A DNA stretch of 64,000 bases from Sphingomonas sp. (GCF_039594485.1 NZ_JBCNNI010000002.1:19715-83714); one strand, 5' to 3'; shown: positions 1 to 10,286, counted from the stretch's first letter. Numbers and translations: made by a program. Notes: generated by a model from the letters alone, not told the origin.

Positions 1-2
1 GC

Positions 3-353
3 GATCCGCCGCTGTTCGGCATGAAGATGGAGGACGCCTGCACCCGCTTCGGGCGCGACGTCATGCTCGTGCGTACCGGGCTGTTCCCGGAGACGATGAA
101 CCCGGTCACGGTCGATGTCGCGCTGGTCGGGCCGGACGGGCCCCTCACGATGACCGACCTCGTCTTCATGCGACGGCGTGACGACAGCCTGTGGCTGGTC
201 CCGCAGCAGGTCGGCGCATTCGTCGAGATCCGGGGCGGCGGCTTGGCGCTCCAGACGACGCCGCCCTTCGTCACCTGGGACGAGCGCTGCGACGGGGTCT
301 GCCGCGCCGCCGCCGAGATCGTGCGGATCGTGACCTATTGGCGGGGACGCTGA
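3..353 (+). CDS. hypothetical protein; 5' end may lie outside the window
   Basis: The frame is open from the window edge, with the first ATG at 21. The stop at 351-353 is followed one base later by the ATG of the next ORF (355). GC-rich third codon positions. No family recognised. Confidence 0.4.
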   Translation, partial: DPPLFGMKMEDACTRFGRDVMLVRTGLFPETMNPVTVDVALVGPDGPLTMTDLVFMRRRDDSLWLVPQQVGAFVEIRGGGLALQTTPPFVTWDERCDGVCRAAAEIVRIVTYWRGR

Positions 354-354
354 C

Positions 355-996
355 ATGGCCGCGCGCAAGCCCCGCAAGCTGCCGGTCAAGCCGACGCCGA
401 CCGATGCCGATCCGCAGAGCTGGCTCTACCTCAACCCGTCCGGGCCGTCCCCGGCGGGGACGGTATTTGCTGTCCTGCGGCGGGCCTATGCCGGTCGCGT
501 CAACAGCGCGCTGGAGTTCGGCTATCGCAAGGCGCATCTCGGTCCCGTCGTCGCGGGCGCGGATCTCGCCGCCTGGTCGCCGAACGTCGAGCGGATCGAG
601 GTGCTTCTCCCCGCGGGTGCCGACGACAGCCTCGCCGATCCGGCGACGCTGCTGGGGCAGATGGACGCACATGCCGTTGACCGCGAGAAGGCGCTGCTCA
701 CCTATCTGACGCTGCCGCTCGGCGACGTCGAGCGGGTGCATGTCGGCTGGGAACGCGCCCGCGCCTTCCTGCGCGATCGGTTTGCCCGGGATCGCCAGCT
801 CGCGTCCGTCCTGATCCTGCATGCGCCGGGGACGATCAACGCCGCCTTCCCGCTCCATGCCCACGCCCTGATTGTGCCGAGGCGCCTCACGGGTCTCGGC
901 ATCCGCCAGGGTCTGTACGACGAGGACATGATCCACGATCGCGGACAGGCAATCGTCGAGGCAATGTGGGCCGATCATCTGGCGCACTTCCGGTGA
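355..996 (+). CDS. hypothetical protein with a weak MobA/MobL relaxase-domain-like His motif
   Basis: 213-aa ORF tightly coupled to both neighbours. The motif LILHAPGTINAAFPLHAHALIVPRR resembles the H-x-D...NPHxHxx histidine cluster of MobA/MobL relaxases and the HAPDHHNDHRNHHLHL motif of the ORF at 14440. Assigned by eye only. Confidence 0.45.
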   Translation: MAARKPRKLPVKPTPTDADPQSWLYLNPSGPSPAGTVFAVLRRAYAGRVNSALEFGYRKAHLGPVVAGADLAAWSPNVERIEVLLPAGADDSLADPATLLGQMDAHAVDREKALLTYLTLPLGDVERVHVGWERARAFLRDRFARDRQLASVLILHAPGTINAAFPLHAHALIVPRRLTGLGIRQGLYDEDMIHDRGQAIVEAMWADHLAHFR

Positions 997-1391
997 CAGG
1001 CACACAGGACGGGGGCGGCACGGCGCTGGTCGATCTCGCCGGTCGGATCATGCTGACCCATGGCATCAATCCCGGCCATGCCATGCGCCTGCTCGGTATC
1101 GATCGCGCCGAAGCCGAGGACATGGTTCATCTTGGTCGGCTGTGGTCGCCGGTGGACACCGCTCGCGTGGAGCGGCTGCGCCTGTTCATCAACATCCTGA
1201 TGCGGCTGGAATGGCGGCTCAATCACGACAGCCGCGCGATCCGCCATGCGCTCGACCTTCCGCTCGATGCGCTGGGCGGCGCTTCCCCTGCCGAACGGTT
1301 CGGCGGCAGCCTGGAGGATCTGCGCGAATTGCGCGGCGCGATCGACAGCGTCGCCGCGCCCACGATCAAGTGGTGGCGGGTCGGTCACTGA
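993..1391 (+). CDS. Xre/MbcA/ParS-like antitoxin (DUF2384-like) candidate
   Basis: A GTG at 993 overlaps the upstream TGA (GTGA); an alternative ATG lies at 966. The pattern LLGIDRAEAEDMV...RVERLRLFINILMRLEWRL...LDALGGASPAERF...LRELRGAI matches the layout of DUF2384 antitoxins (HTH-like segment, then a conserved LGG-x-SP segment). Confidence 0.5.
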   Translation: MTGTQDGGGTALVDLAGRIMLTHGINPGHAMRLLGIDRAEAEDMVHLGRLWSPVDTARVERLRLFINILMRLEWRLNHDSRAIRHALDLPLDALGGASPAERFGGSLEDLRELRGAIDSVAAPTIKWWRVGH

Positions 1392-1460
1392 CCGCCTGCC
1401 TTGATGGGAAGGAGATGCAGGCGATCCCGGATTGCGGGATGAAAACAGGAGTAAGCGACA

Positions 1461-1961
1461 ATGACCCAACACGACGACGCCATCCTCCGCGCCTACACCG
1501 TTGCGGCGACCCGGCTTCTGCTCGGCAACCGCAAGCTGAAAGACGGCGTCGTCGTCACGGGTGGTGAGGCGCTCGACCAGGAAGAGCGCGCCCAGATGGC
1601 GCGGACGGCGGCCCTGTCCGGCACCGACGTCGTCGCGCTGGAGTTCGGCACCACCGCGGATGGTCGGTTCGGGCGGACCGGGATCACGGTCTACCTACCG
1701 CGAGACGAGGGCTGCTATGTCCAGACCGACTGCCGCTTCTGGCTGAGCAAGGCGGGCAACCGCGCCGTGATCCTGCCTCGGTCGGAATCGCGTGGGCATT
1801 TCCGCCTGTCGCCGCGCGAACTGATCCACATCGACGGCAAGCCAGCGGAGGATATGGTCGACGGCATAGCGCGAGCGGATGCCTGGCTGGCGCGTCGGAT
1901 GGGGTCTAAGTTTGCCGAGCCCGCAAACACGAACTTCTTCAGCGTGCACGAACTCGCTTGA
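1461..1961 (+). CDS. hypothetical protein
   Basis: 166-aa ORF with an AGGAG 9 nt upstream of the ATG. Coding-like codon bias. No RES or other toxin motif recognised. Confidence 0.5.
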   Translation: MTQHDDAILRAYTVAATRLLLGNRKLKDGVVVTGGEALDQEERAQMARTAALSGTDVVALEFGTTADGRFGRTGITVYLPRDEGCYVQTDCRFWLSKAGNRAVILPRSESRGHFRLSPRELIHIDGKPAEDMVDGIARADAWLARRMGSKFAEPANTNFFSVHELA

Positions 1962-2228
1962 TCAGCTTATTGCCCAGAAGGCGTATTGGCCAATGGCAGG
2001 TGTGTTTCAGATGGAGGCAGCGCTGAGGTTGACGCCTGACGGTAACAGGCCTCAGTGAGGTGCGGATCGTACAGTCTGGTGACTAGCGGCTCGTCTGCTT
2101 TCGGGCGGCAATCGCCGTTAAGCCGCGTTTCAAAACAGGCAACAGCCCTTCGAAATTTACTCACGTACGGCAACGAATTCTGCTTTAGTGCATCGAGGTG
2201 ACAAACAGGGCTGAGCGAAGGCGCCAGA

Positions 2229-3419
2229 ATGAGCGGACACGACTTGAAGGATCTTACACCCGACGAGGACATCGATGGCCTGGACAGTAGCGAAGAAGCC
2301 AGCAGTCATTCCGGCTCCCTCAAGCCGTGGGATCCCAGCAAGATCCGGATCACAACCAAATCCTTCACGCTGCGGGAGATCGTTGGGCAAATCGAAGACG
2401 GCGACATTGACTTGTCGCCCGATTTTCAACGGGAATATGTCTGGAAGGAACGTCAGCGGACTCGCCTCATAGAATCGATCTTGCTCGGCATCCCGCTCCC
2501 GGCCTTCTACTTTAATCAGTCCGAGAGCGGTTCCTATCAAGTTGTCGATGGTGTCCAACGCCTTTCGACAATCGCCACTTTTATGAAGGACGACCATCGC
2601 TTAGCCGAGGTCGATCTCGAATATCTTTCGGACCTAGACGCTTTGACGTACAGCCAGCTCGATACGGCAGCGGTGCGCCGATTCCGGAGCACGCAGATCG
2701 TTGTTCATGTCATCGAGCCGCAAACGCCGGACGAAGTGAAGTACGACATCTTTAATCGTGTAAACACGCTCGGCAGCCCCCTTTCAGCTCAGGAGATTCG
2801 GCATGCAATGAGCGACGTGCGCTCTCGCTCGTTCCTCGGGAATTTGGTCGAAAGCGATGCTTTCGACGCCGCAACAGAGCAGCATTACTGGAAACGGACT
2901 GCAGAAGGCACGAAGGTGCGCGACAGCGGGCGCATGGCCAATCGCGAGCTCGCGCTAAGGTTCTGCGCCTTCCGGTATAGTACGATCGAACAGTATCGCC
3001 AGTTTCCTAGTCTCGATGCTTTCCTCATGAATTTCACCAAGCGCATAGACAAGACGGCTGAGCCTGTGCTGACGGATACCGAACTTAGAACGCTGGCATC
3101 TGCCTTCGATAAGGCAATGGTAGCGGCGAAAGAAATTCTCGGTCAGGCAGCCTTCCGCCGTTGGCCAATGGACGCCGATCGACGCGAGCCTCGACGCGGA
3201 CCGATCAATCGCGCCGTTTTCGAAGCACAAGCCAATGCGCTTGCCGATCTCAAGCTTGAAGACATGTTACCGCATCGTGATAAGATCGTCACAGCTTTCC
3301 GAAGAGCGTTTGACAATGGCGATTATCTTCGAGCAGTAACCGTCGGTACCGGCGACGCCAATCGAGTAGCATACCGCCTTGATCAAACTCGCAAAATTCT
3401 CGCGGATGCCATGAAGTGA
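2229..3419 (+). CDS. DUF262 (ParB/Srx-like, GmrSD N-terminal type) domain protein
   Basis: Contains SPDFQREYVW and VVDGVQRLSTI (DGQQR-type), the hallmarks of DUF262. 396 aa. First gene of a three-gene cassette. Confidence 0.85.
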   Translation: MSGHDLKDLTPDEDIDGLDSSEEASSHSGSLKPWDPSKIRITTKSFTLREIVGQIEDGDIDLSPDFQREYVWKERQRTRLIESILLGIPLPAFYFNQSESGSYQVVDGVQRLSTIATFMKDDHRLAEVDLEYLSDLDALTYSQLDTAAVRRFRSTQIVVHVIEPQTPDEVKYDIFNRVNTLGSPLSAQEIRHAMSDVRSRSFLGNLVESDAFDAATEQHYWKRTAEGTKVRDSGRMANRELALRFCAFRYSTIEQYRQFPSLDAFLMNFTKRIDKTAEPVLTDTELRTLASAFDKAMVAAKEILGQAAFRRWPMDADRREPRRGPINRAVFEAQANALADLKLEDMLPHRDKIVTAFRRAFDNGDYLRAVTVGTGDANRVAYRLDQTRKILADAMK

Positions 3420-4525
3420 TAACCGGTATCGCCGTCAGCGGTTTCAAGCGTTTTCAGCATGAGCCCTTCGAGTTCGCACCACTTACCGTGCTCACCGGAT
3501 TAAACGGAGCCGGCAAGACCTCGTTGCTGCAGGCTATTCTACTCGCAGCTCATGCTTCTACAAGCACCGCCCGCACCTTGAGCCTGAATGGGCCGTTCAA
3601 TCTCGAATTGGGAATGGCTGAGGACGTGCTCAACTGGATGTGGCCAGGCCCGATCGAGGTCAATGCCGCCGGGATCGGTGGCACGGCAGCAAGGTGGCGT
3701 TTTGCCGTTCCGAACGAGGAAGATCTTTATCTCGAGGTGGCTGAGCGGCCGAACAACCCTCCCAAGGCATTTACCGGCGCGCCCAGAACTTTCACGTATC
3801 TAAGCGCTGAACGCCTTGGACCCCGTGGCATTAGCCAAGTATCGCCACTTCCCGATACAGAACTGGAAGTTGGCGTTAAGGGTGAATACTGCGCTCATGT
3901 CCTTAGCGTCCTTGGTGACATGCTGATTGAAAACCCGGAGCGCTCCCATCCTTTGTATAATGCGCCTTCACAGCGGCTCCTCAAATATGAGGTCGAGCAA
4001 TGGCTCAGCGAGATCACGCGCCCGATCGAAGTGACCGGTGAACGGATGGCAGCCTCCACCGTCGCGGAATTGCGCTTTCGCAATCCTGGTTCTGATTGGG
4101 TCCGCGCGACCAATATGGGGTTTGGCATCTCCTACGCGCTGCCGATTATCCTTGCCGGGCTCATCGCCGAACCCGGCGGCCTCCTAATTGTCGAAAATCC
4201 AGAGGCGCATCTGCATCCCGCCGGGCAGTCTCGTATGGGCGTCTTCCTCGCATGGCTTGCGGAACGAGGTGTACAGGTTCTGGTCGAAACACACTCGGAC
4301 CATCTCGTGAACGGCATCCGCCGCGCAATCGCTGAACACGGTTATCTCGAGCCAACCAGTGCCGTCGTACACTGGTTCGGTGCGGGTGAAACTTTGGACC
4401 AGCCCTTCCATGAAACTCTCGCAATTGGCAGTGATGGTAGCCTGTCAAACTGGCCAAACGGCTTTTTCGATCAGTATCAAATTGACGTCTCGGCGCTAGG
4501 CCGCGTCAGGCGTGGGCGCCGCTGA
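3416..4525 (+). CDS. AAA/ABC-type ATPase, DUF3696 family
   Basis: The GTG start overlaps the upstream stop (GTGA, 3416-3419). Walker A is GLNGAGKTS. Walker B/D-loop is LLIVENPEAHLHP. H-loop is ETHSDH. The C-terminal WPNGFFDQY is typical of DUF3696 proteins. Confidence 0.85.
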   Translation: MITGIAVSGFKRFQHEPFEFAPLTVLTGLNGAGKTSLLQAILLAAHASTSTARTLSLNGPFNLELGMAEDVLNWMWPGPIEVNAAGIGGTAARWRFAVPNEEDLYLEVAERPNNPPKAFTGAPRTFTYLSAERLGPRGISQVSPLPDTELEVGVKGEYCAHVLSVLGDMLIENPERSHPLYNAPSQRLLKYEVEQWLSEITRPIEVTGERMAASTVAELRFRNPGSDWVRATNMGFGISYALPIILAGLIAEPGGLLIVENPEAHLHPAGQSRMGVFLAWLAERGVQVLVETHSDHLVNGIRRAIAEHGYLEPTSAVVHWFGAGETLDQPFHETLAIGSDGSLSNWPNGFFDQYQIDVSALGRVRRGRR

Positions 4526-4528
4526 GTA

Positions 4529-5521
4529 GTGGCGTTCATCGTCAACAGCGCAGAGTGGGACTTCAACGGCCTGACTTCGGCAAATGTACAGGAGCGAATC
4601 GAGCGAGCGCTGGAATTCATCGAGACGTCAATCGAGCGCGGCGAGGTGGTGGCAGTCGGCGATGATTTTCAGACACGGCCCATGCATGGAACCGAGACTC
4701 TCTGGGACCTATTTCACAAGGATTCTGCACTTGCCTTGCCACCAGAACTTTCGCGCGAACTCGAAGCATGGCTGATGCGTGCACCGGGATATTCGAGCGA
4801 GCCCTGGCCGTTGGGCTTTGCTAACGAAGGCGTTTCTATTGATGGCGCGCCTCAAACTTTAAATCCAGATGTTGAATGGGTGCATTGCGCGACATGTGAT
4901 GGCACCCCAATGGCATGTATCACGCTCGGCATTGGGCGCCTCGTACAGACCGAGACGGCAGTAGGGAAAGTACAAATTCACTTCGTTATCAACGAGGTCG
5001 ATCGAAAAGCATTTTGGAGGAGCGCTATCATCGTTTCTGGTGATACATTAACGAGCCTGGCGACCTATTTGACCAAAGCTTACCCGAATCTCCATTTCGT
5101 CGAAGGTGTAGTCAATGACGCTGGTAAGCTTGGAGGTGGATATCTCGCATCTCGTGATCGCGTGCAGACGTCCCTTGCAACGCTGGATGACTGGGGCAAG
5201 TGGGTATTCACCTGTCCGCCGCCAGTCCTGACGCCGCAGGAAGCCATGCCTGATAATACTGATGGCTTGCCGTCCAACCAGATCATCGAACATAGATTTA
5301 AAGGCTTTAACCTTGACGTCGTACCAGAAAAGCCTAACGTTTATGCCGATGCAGAAAGCCGCAAAGCACGGCAAACAAAGTTAGGAACACGCACGCTATA
5401 CTGCGAGTGGCATGTTAGGCTTGAGGGGCATCGCAACCGTATTCATCTACATCCGCCGGTAGCTGAAAGCGGAGGTAAGGTTGTAATCGGCATGATTCAC
5501 GAGCATTTGCCACTGCCCTGA
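4529..5521 (+). CDS. hypothetical protein, third component of the DUF262/DUF3696 cassette
   Basis: The GTG start lies 3 nt after the upstream stop. 330 aa with no family recognised. Has a Cys/His cluster (VHCATCDGTPMAC) and the C-terminal segment YCEWHVRLEGHRNRIHLHP...VVIGMIHEHLP. Confidence 0.7.
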   Translation: MAFIVNSAEWDFNGLTSANVQERIERALEFIETSIERGEVVAVGDDFQTRPMHGTETLWDLFHKDSALALPPELSRELEAWLMRAPGYSSEPWPLGFANEGVSIDGAPQTLNPDVEWVHCATCDGTPMACITLGIGRLVQTETAVGKVQIHFVINEVDRKAFWRSAIIVSGDTLTSLATYLTKAYPNLHFVEGVVNDAGKLGGGYLASRDRVQTSLATLDDWGKWVFTCPPPVLTPQEAMPDNTDGLPSNQIIEHRFKGFNLDVVPEKPNVYADAESRKARQTKLGTRTLYCEWHVRLEGHRNRIHLHPPVAESGGKVVIGMIHEHLPLP

Positions 5522-5812
5522 GCCTCGGCTTTTCCTGAGGAAATCACCAAAAATGCCGATCGCATATAGGAGATCAAATCGTAACGAGGTACAGTGGCGA
5601 CGTAAGCAACCGACGAGGAAGGTGCCGCAATTTCAGGCTGACGAAAGCTAATCCAGTTGTTGATGAACAGGTGACTGTCATCGGGTAGCTTGCAGATTTC
5701 CCGCCAACGTCGAAAAATTAATCAAAATGACATTCCGTTGATCATCGATCTACTGGCGCAGGCCGGCAAAATATCGAGATGCTCTTCTCGGCGGTTCGGA
5801 CCAGAGCAGCGT

Positions 5813-8800
5813 TCACCACCGTTCGGCGAGCAACTCCGCCTGCTGTATTACCGTCTGCACAGCCACATCCTGAAGGTCTGGTGGAAACCCGTATTTACGC
5901 AAGATTCGCTTTACGAGCACCCGCATGCGAGCGCGGGCACTTTCGCGATGCGACCAGTCGACCGTCGCGCTCGCCCTCAGGGTGTTCACCAACTCGGCGG
6001 CGATCACCTTCAGGCTGTCATTCCCCATGATGTCCACCGCACTTTCGTTGTCCGCAAGCGCGTCGTAAAAGGCGATCTCGTCGGGGGTCAGGCCTTCGGC
6101 TTCGCCACGGGCCTGCTCGGCGCGGATCTGCTTGGCCAATTCGATCAGCGTCTGCAACACCTCGACCGTGCTAACCGCGTTGGTGTGATAGCGGGCGATG
6201 GCGTCGGTCAGGCGTTCGGAATAGCGGCGGCTTTCTACCGCGTTGGTGCGGCTGCGAGAGCGGATCTGGTCGCCGAGCAGCTTCTTCAACGCCTCCAGCG
6301 CCAGGTTCGGCAGCTCCATCGCCTTCACCTCGGCCAGAAAGTCGTCGGACAGGATCGAAATGTCCGGCGTCGTGAGGCCCGCGGCACGCAATATGTCGAC
6401 GATCTCGGTCGATACGACCGACCTGTCGATAAGCTGCTGGACGGCGAAGTCGCGATCTTTCACCGTGCCACCGCCGCCGGTCTTGGCAAGCGCGGCACGG
6501 ATCGTCTGGTAGAAGGCGATGTCGTCGCGGATCGCACGCGCCTCGTCACTGGCGGCCGCCAGGGCAAAAGCCTTGGTCAGCGCAAGCACCGCGTCCTGGA
6601 AACGGCGATGCGCCGCCTTGCGGGCCTCGTCGCTCGTCTCCTTCGCCGCCGCCTCGTGCTGTCGAGCAAGAATGAATTCGATCGCTTCCGCCAAGCATTT
6701 CAGACGTGCGACCGGTGTGCCGGAAATGCCAGGCGTGCAGTCAAAGCCGTGGAACATCGCCCGCACCACGTCGAACTTCTCGAGCAGCACCGCGACGGCC
6801 TCCGCCTCGTCGATACCTGTCTCGGCGGCGTCGGAGGCGGAGTATTGGCCGAGCGCCTTCTTTAGATTCTGGGCGATGCCGATGTAATCGACCACCAGAC
6901 CGGCCGGCTTGTCGCGGAACACGCGGTTCACGCGCGCGATCGCCTGCATTAGGCCGTGACCGCGCATCGGCTTGTCGATGTACATGGTATGCATCGATGG
7001 CGCGTCGAAGCCGGTCAGCCACATGTCCCGCACGATGACCAGCCGCAGCGGATCGGCCGGGTCTTTCGCCCGCTTGGCCAGCAGGTCGCGGCGCGCCTTG
7101 TTGCCAATGTGCGGCTGCCAAGCGGGAATGTCGGCGGCGGAGCCGGTCATCACGACCTTTACCGCGCCCGTCTTGTCATCGTCGCTATGCCAGTCGGGCC
7201 GCAGTGCGACGATCACGTCGTAGAGCGCGACGCAGATCCGGCGGCTCATACAGACGACCATCGCCTTGCCGTCCATCGCCGCCAGCCGATCCTCGAGATG
7301 CGCGACCAGATCGGCGGCGATCATTTCCAGCCGCGCGCTTGATCCGACCAGCTTCTCCACGGCGGACCAGCGCTGCTTCAGCCGTTCCTGCTCGCTCAGC
7401 GCCTCGTCTTCGGTCAGGCCGTCGATCTCGGCGTCGATGACCGGCAGTTCCTCGGGCGGCAGCTCGATCCGGGCCAGTCGGCTTTCGTAATAGATCGGCA
7501 CCGTTGCGCCGTCCTCGACCGCGCGGGCAATATCGTACACGTCGACATAGTCGCCGAACACCGCGGGCGTATTGACGTCATCCTTCTCGATCGGCGTACC
7601 GGTAAAGCCGATGAACGAGGCATTGGGCAGTGCATCACGCAGATATTTTGCGAAGCCATAGGCCAGTTCACCGGTCTTGCGGTCGATCCGCGCGCGAAAG
7701 CCATATTGCGAACGGTGCGCTTCGTCCGCGATCACGATGACGTTGCGGCGGTCGCTGATCGCGGGATAGCCACTGGTCCCCGGCGGCGGCGCGAATTTCT
7801 GCATCGTGGTGAAGATCACCCCGCCGGACGCGCGGTCGAGCCGTTCGATCAGGTCCTCGCGGCTGTCGATCTGGATCGGCGTCTGGCGGATGAGGTCCGA
7901 ACACATCGAGAAGGTCGCGAACAGTTGATCGTCCAGGTCGTTGCGGTCGGTGATGACGACGATCGTCGGGTTCTCCAGCGCCGGTTCGCGCACCAGTAGC
8001 CCGGCGTAGAAGGCCATCAGGAAGCTCTTGCCCGACCCTTGCGTGTGCCAGATCACCCCGATCCGGCGGTCGCCGGCCGGATGCGCGGCGGCGTCAGGCA
8101 AGCCGTAGCGCAATGGGCTTTCCCGCATCGCCCCCACCGCCGACACACCCGGCACCGCGCGCAACGTCGCGGCGACGGCGCGCTGGGCGGCGTGGAACTG
8201 GTGATAGCCAGCGACGATCTTGACGATGCCGCGCCCGGTGTCGCCGAACACGGTGAAGTCGCGGATCAGCATCAGCAGGCGCTGGCGGTCGAGCACGCCC
8301 GCGATCATCACCTCCAGTTCGGGCACGCCCTTGGCGGCGATGTCCTCGCCATCGACGGTGCGCCAGGGCATGAAGCGTTCCTGGTCGGCGGTCAGCGATC
8401 CGATCCGCGCGGTCATGCCGTCCGAAGCAATCAGCAGCGCGTTGGTGCGGAACAGCGACCCGATCTCGCTCTTGTAGGTCTGGAGCTGATTGTAGGCGCC
8501 GGCGACGGTGGCGTTCTCGTCGCCCGGATTCTTCAGCTCTATGACCGCGATTGGCAGGCCGTTGAGGAACAGCACGATGTCGGGACGGCGGGTGTGGCCG
8601 CGCTCGATGACGGTGAACTGGTTGATCGCCACCCAATCGTTCATGTCGAGGCCACCGGCGGGAGTGGTGAAATCGACCAACCGCACCCGGTCGCCACGGA
8701 TCGTCCCGTCCGGCGCATGATATTCGACCGGCACCCCCTCCACGATCAGCCGGTGGAGCCGCCGATTTTCCTCGACCTGCCCCGGCATCTCGACCGCCAG

Positions 8801-9022
8801 CACCCGGCGAATCGCGTCGGCCCGGGCATCGGCGGGGATGTGCGGGTTGAGCCGATCGACCGCCGCGGTCAGGCGCGCGGTCAGGATCACGTCGCTGTTC
8901 GCCGTGCGCTCGGGTGCCTTGCCGTCGGGCGAGGCATCGATGCCATAGGCGACCTGCCAGCCCTGTTCGGCCAACCACGCGAGCGCGGCGTCCTCGACGA
9001 TGGATTCGGTCAGCTTCGCCAT
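5813..9022 (-). CDS. hsdR: type I restriction endonuclease subunit R
   Basis: 1069 aa. Helicase motifs [19 protein letters not shown] (DEAH) and GFTGTPI. N-terminal nuclease region and a long helical C-terminus typical of HsdR. Confidence 0.95.
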   Translation of the reverse strand: MAKLTESIVEDAALAWLAEQGWQVAYGIDASPDGKAPERTANSDVILTARLTAAVDRLNPHIPADARADAIRRVLAVEMPGQVEENRRLHRLIVEGVPVEYHAPDGTIRGDRVRLVDFTTPAGGLDMNDWVAINQFTVIERGHTRRPDIVLFLNGLPIAVIELKNPGDENATVAGAYNQLQTYKSEIGSLFRTNALLIASDGMTARIGSLTADQERFMPWRTVDGEDIAAKGVPELEVMIAGVLDRQRLLMLIRDFTVFGDTGRGIVKIVAGYHQFHAAQRAVAATLRAVPGVSAVGAMRESPLRYGLPDAAAHPAGDRRIGVIWHTQGSGKSFLMAFYAGLLVREPALENPTIVVITDRNDLDDQLFATFSMCSDLIRQTPIQIDSREDLIERLDRASGGVIFTTMQKFAPPPGTSGYPAISDRRNVIVIADEAHRSQYGFRARIDRKTGELAYGFAKYLRDALPNASFIGFTGTPIEKDDVNTPAVFGDYVDVYDIARAVEDGATVPIYYESRLARIELPPEELPVIDAEIDGLTEDEALSEQERLKQRWSAVEKLVGSSARLEMIAADLVAHLEDRLAAMDGKAMVVCMSRRICVALYDVIVALRPDWHSDDDKTGAVKVVMTGSAADIPAWQPHIGNKARRDLLAKRAKDPADPLRLVIVRDMWLTGFDAPSMHTMYIDKPMRGHGLMQAIARVNRVFRDKPAGLVVDYIGIAQNLKKALGQYSASDAAETGIDEAEAVAVLLEKFDVVRAMFHGFDCTPGISGTPVARLKCLAEAIEFILARQHEAAAKETSDEARKAAHRRFQDAVLALTKAFALAAASDEARAIRDDIAFYQTIRAALAKTGGGGTVKDRDFAVQQLIDRSVVSTEIVDILRAAGLTTPDISILSDDFLAEVKAMELPNLALEALKKLLGDQIRSRSRTNAVESRRYSERLTDAIARYHTNAVSTVEVLQTLIELAKQIRAEQARGEAEGLTPDEIAFYDALADNESAVDIMGNDSLKVIAAELVNTLRASATVDWSHRESARARMRVLVKRILRKYGFPPDLQDVAVQTVIQQAELLAERW

Positions 9023-9047
9023 CAGGCGGGCGTGCCGGTGGTGTTGA

Positions 9048-10286
9048 TCATGCCGCCAGCGCCTTGGCGTCGCGGACGCGGAGTTCGCCGGACATCAGTT
9101 TAGGGAGCAACGCGTCGCGGGTGGCGGCGAGGGTAGCCGCTTGTGCAATATTTGCTTCGCGTTTCGCATACAATTCTCCAGCGATCTTATCGAAGGCGAG
9201 GATGGCTACCATCGGTGGCTTAACAACGGGCAGGTTGTGGATGTGATTTCGATTTAACGTCGGAACCGCAGAACCGGCATTGAACGAGCCAATGTCTATT
9301 TCGAGGAGGACATGAAATGCATGGAGCGGCGTAGAATTTGGATACTCCTTGATCCACAAGGACGTGTTCAAGGGCCAGAAATCTTCGGCGACGTAATAGA
9401 CACCCCCCAGCACGCCGGATCGCCCGGTACACACACCAGGGCCATCAACCCGCTTCTCATTGTGGGTGCCGCTGGGGCCACTGGCAGCGATAACGGGGAA
9501 AGCTCCATCGGTTCTATCGCCTTTGGGAAGATCGAATCCCCTCTGCAAAACCAGCACCTCGTTGAGCGTCCCCCATTCCCACCCCTCCGGCACGCCATTT
9601 TCACCGAGGCGGTCGGGGAAGAGTGACCAGAGATCAGGGGCGAGATAGGCGGGGCGGCCTTCTGCCTTGGCGCGGGTGGGGCCGAAATCGACGAACCAGT
9701 CCCGAAACAACGCCCGCGCGCTCGCCTCCAGCGTCTCGTTCATCCGCCGGTTGAGCTCGATCTTTTCGTCGAGGGCCGAAAGGACGGTTGCGATCGCGCG
9801 CTGTTGATGGCGGTCCGGCCATAACACCGGGGCATCACGAAGAATTCCGAGATTAATATGCGGAACGCCGGTCTGAATAGTCGATGTCTTAATATATTCG
9901 AGGAAAAATGATGAAGTGAGATAGTGGTATACAAAGTCGCGATCTGCGACTTTCTGATCGACAGACACGGCCATCTGACTCTGCGAAACTACATACTGCT
10001 TGTAGCTGCTATCGGGAACGATGGCGACCTGGCCAAGTGTTCCACGCTGCGTCACGATGATATCGCCGGGCCTAGCTGTATTGGTAGTTAAATCCTGCGC
10101 AAATTTCTCGTGCGAGACAAAGACGAAATCACCCGCGATCTCACGACCAAGATCCATGTTCCTGCCGCGAATAACCGGCACACCGTCTGCTACATAATGC
10201 GCTTGGGTTAGCTTCGAACCAAATGGCCCGCCGATGACGCGATGCTTTCCACCGACCGCGTCGGCGAAAGATTGCAACATCATCAC
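9048..10286 (-). CDS. hsdS: type I restriction-modification specificity subunit S
   Basis: 412 aa. Two target-recognition-like halves separated by conserved helical spacers (...[16 protein letters not shown]..., ...[14 protein letters not shown]). Lies between hsdR and fic/hsdM and is A/T-richer than its neighbours. Confidence 0.9.
   Translation of the reverse strand: MMMLQSFADAVGGKHRVIGGPFGSKLTQAHYVADGVPVIRGRNMDLGREIAGDFVFVSHEKFAQDLTTNTARPGDIIVTQRGTLGQVAIVPDSSYKQYVVSQSQMAVSVDQKVADRDFVYHYLTSSFFLEYIKTSTIQTGVPHINLGILRDAPVLWPDRHQQRAIATVLSALDEKIELNRRMNETLEASARALFRDWFVDFGPTRAKAEGRPAYLAPDLWSLFPDRLGENGVPEGWEWGTLNEVLVLQRGFDLPKGDRTDGAFPVIAASGPSGTHNEKRVDGPGVCTGRSGVLGGVYYVAEDFWPLNTSLWIKEYPNSTPLHAFHVLLEIDIGSFNAGSAVPTLNRNHIHNLPVVKPPMVAILAFDKIAGELYAKREANIAQAATLAATRDALLPKLMSGELRVRDAKALAA

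Noticed and set aside
1461-1961. RES-domain toxin call for the gene after the DUF2384-like antitoxin
   Set aside because: I could not find the conserved Arg / Glu / Ser signature or the usual GGRWN-type N-terminal motif, so I left it as hypothetical.
1967-2597. Minus-strand ORFs 1967..2272 and 2157..2597
   Set aside because: They lie in the A/T-rich spacer or antisense to the DUF262 gene start. They have no motifs, and the region is better explained as promoter region plus the DUF262 5' end.
5690-6865. 391-aa + strand ORF starting in the spacer after the DUF262 cassette
   Set aside because: Almost all of it is antisense to hsdR. Only its first ~120 nt are intergenic, and there is no ribosome-binding site.
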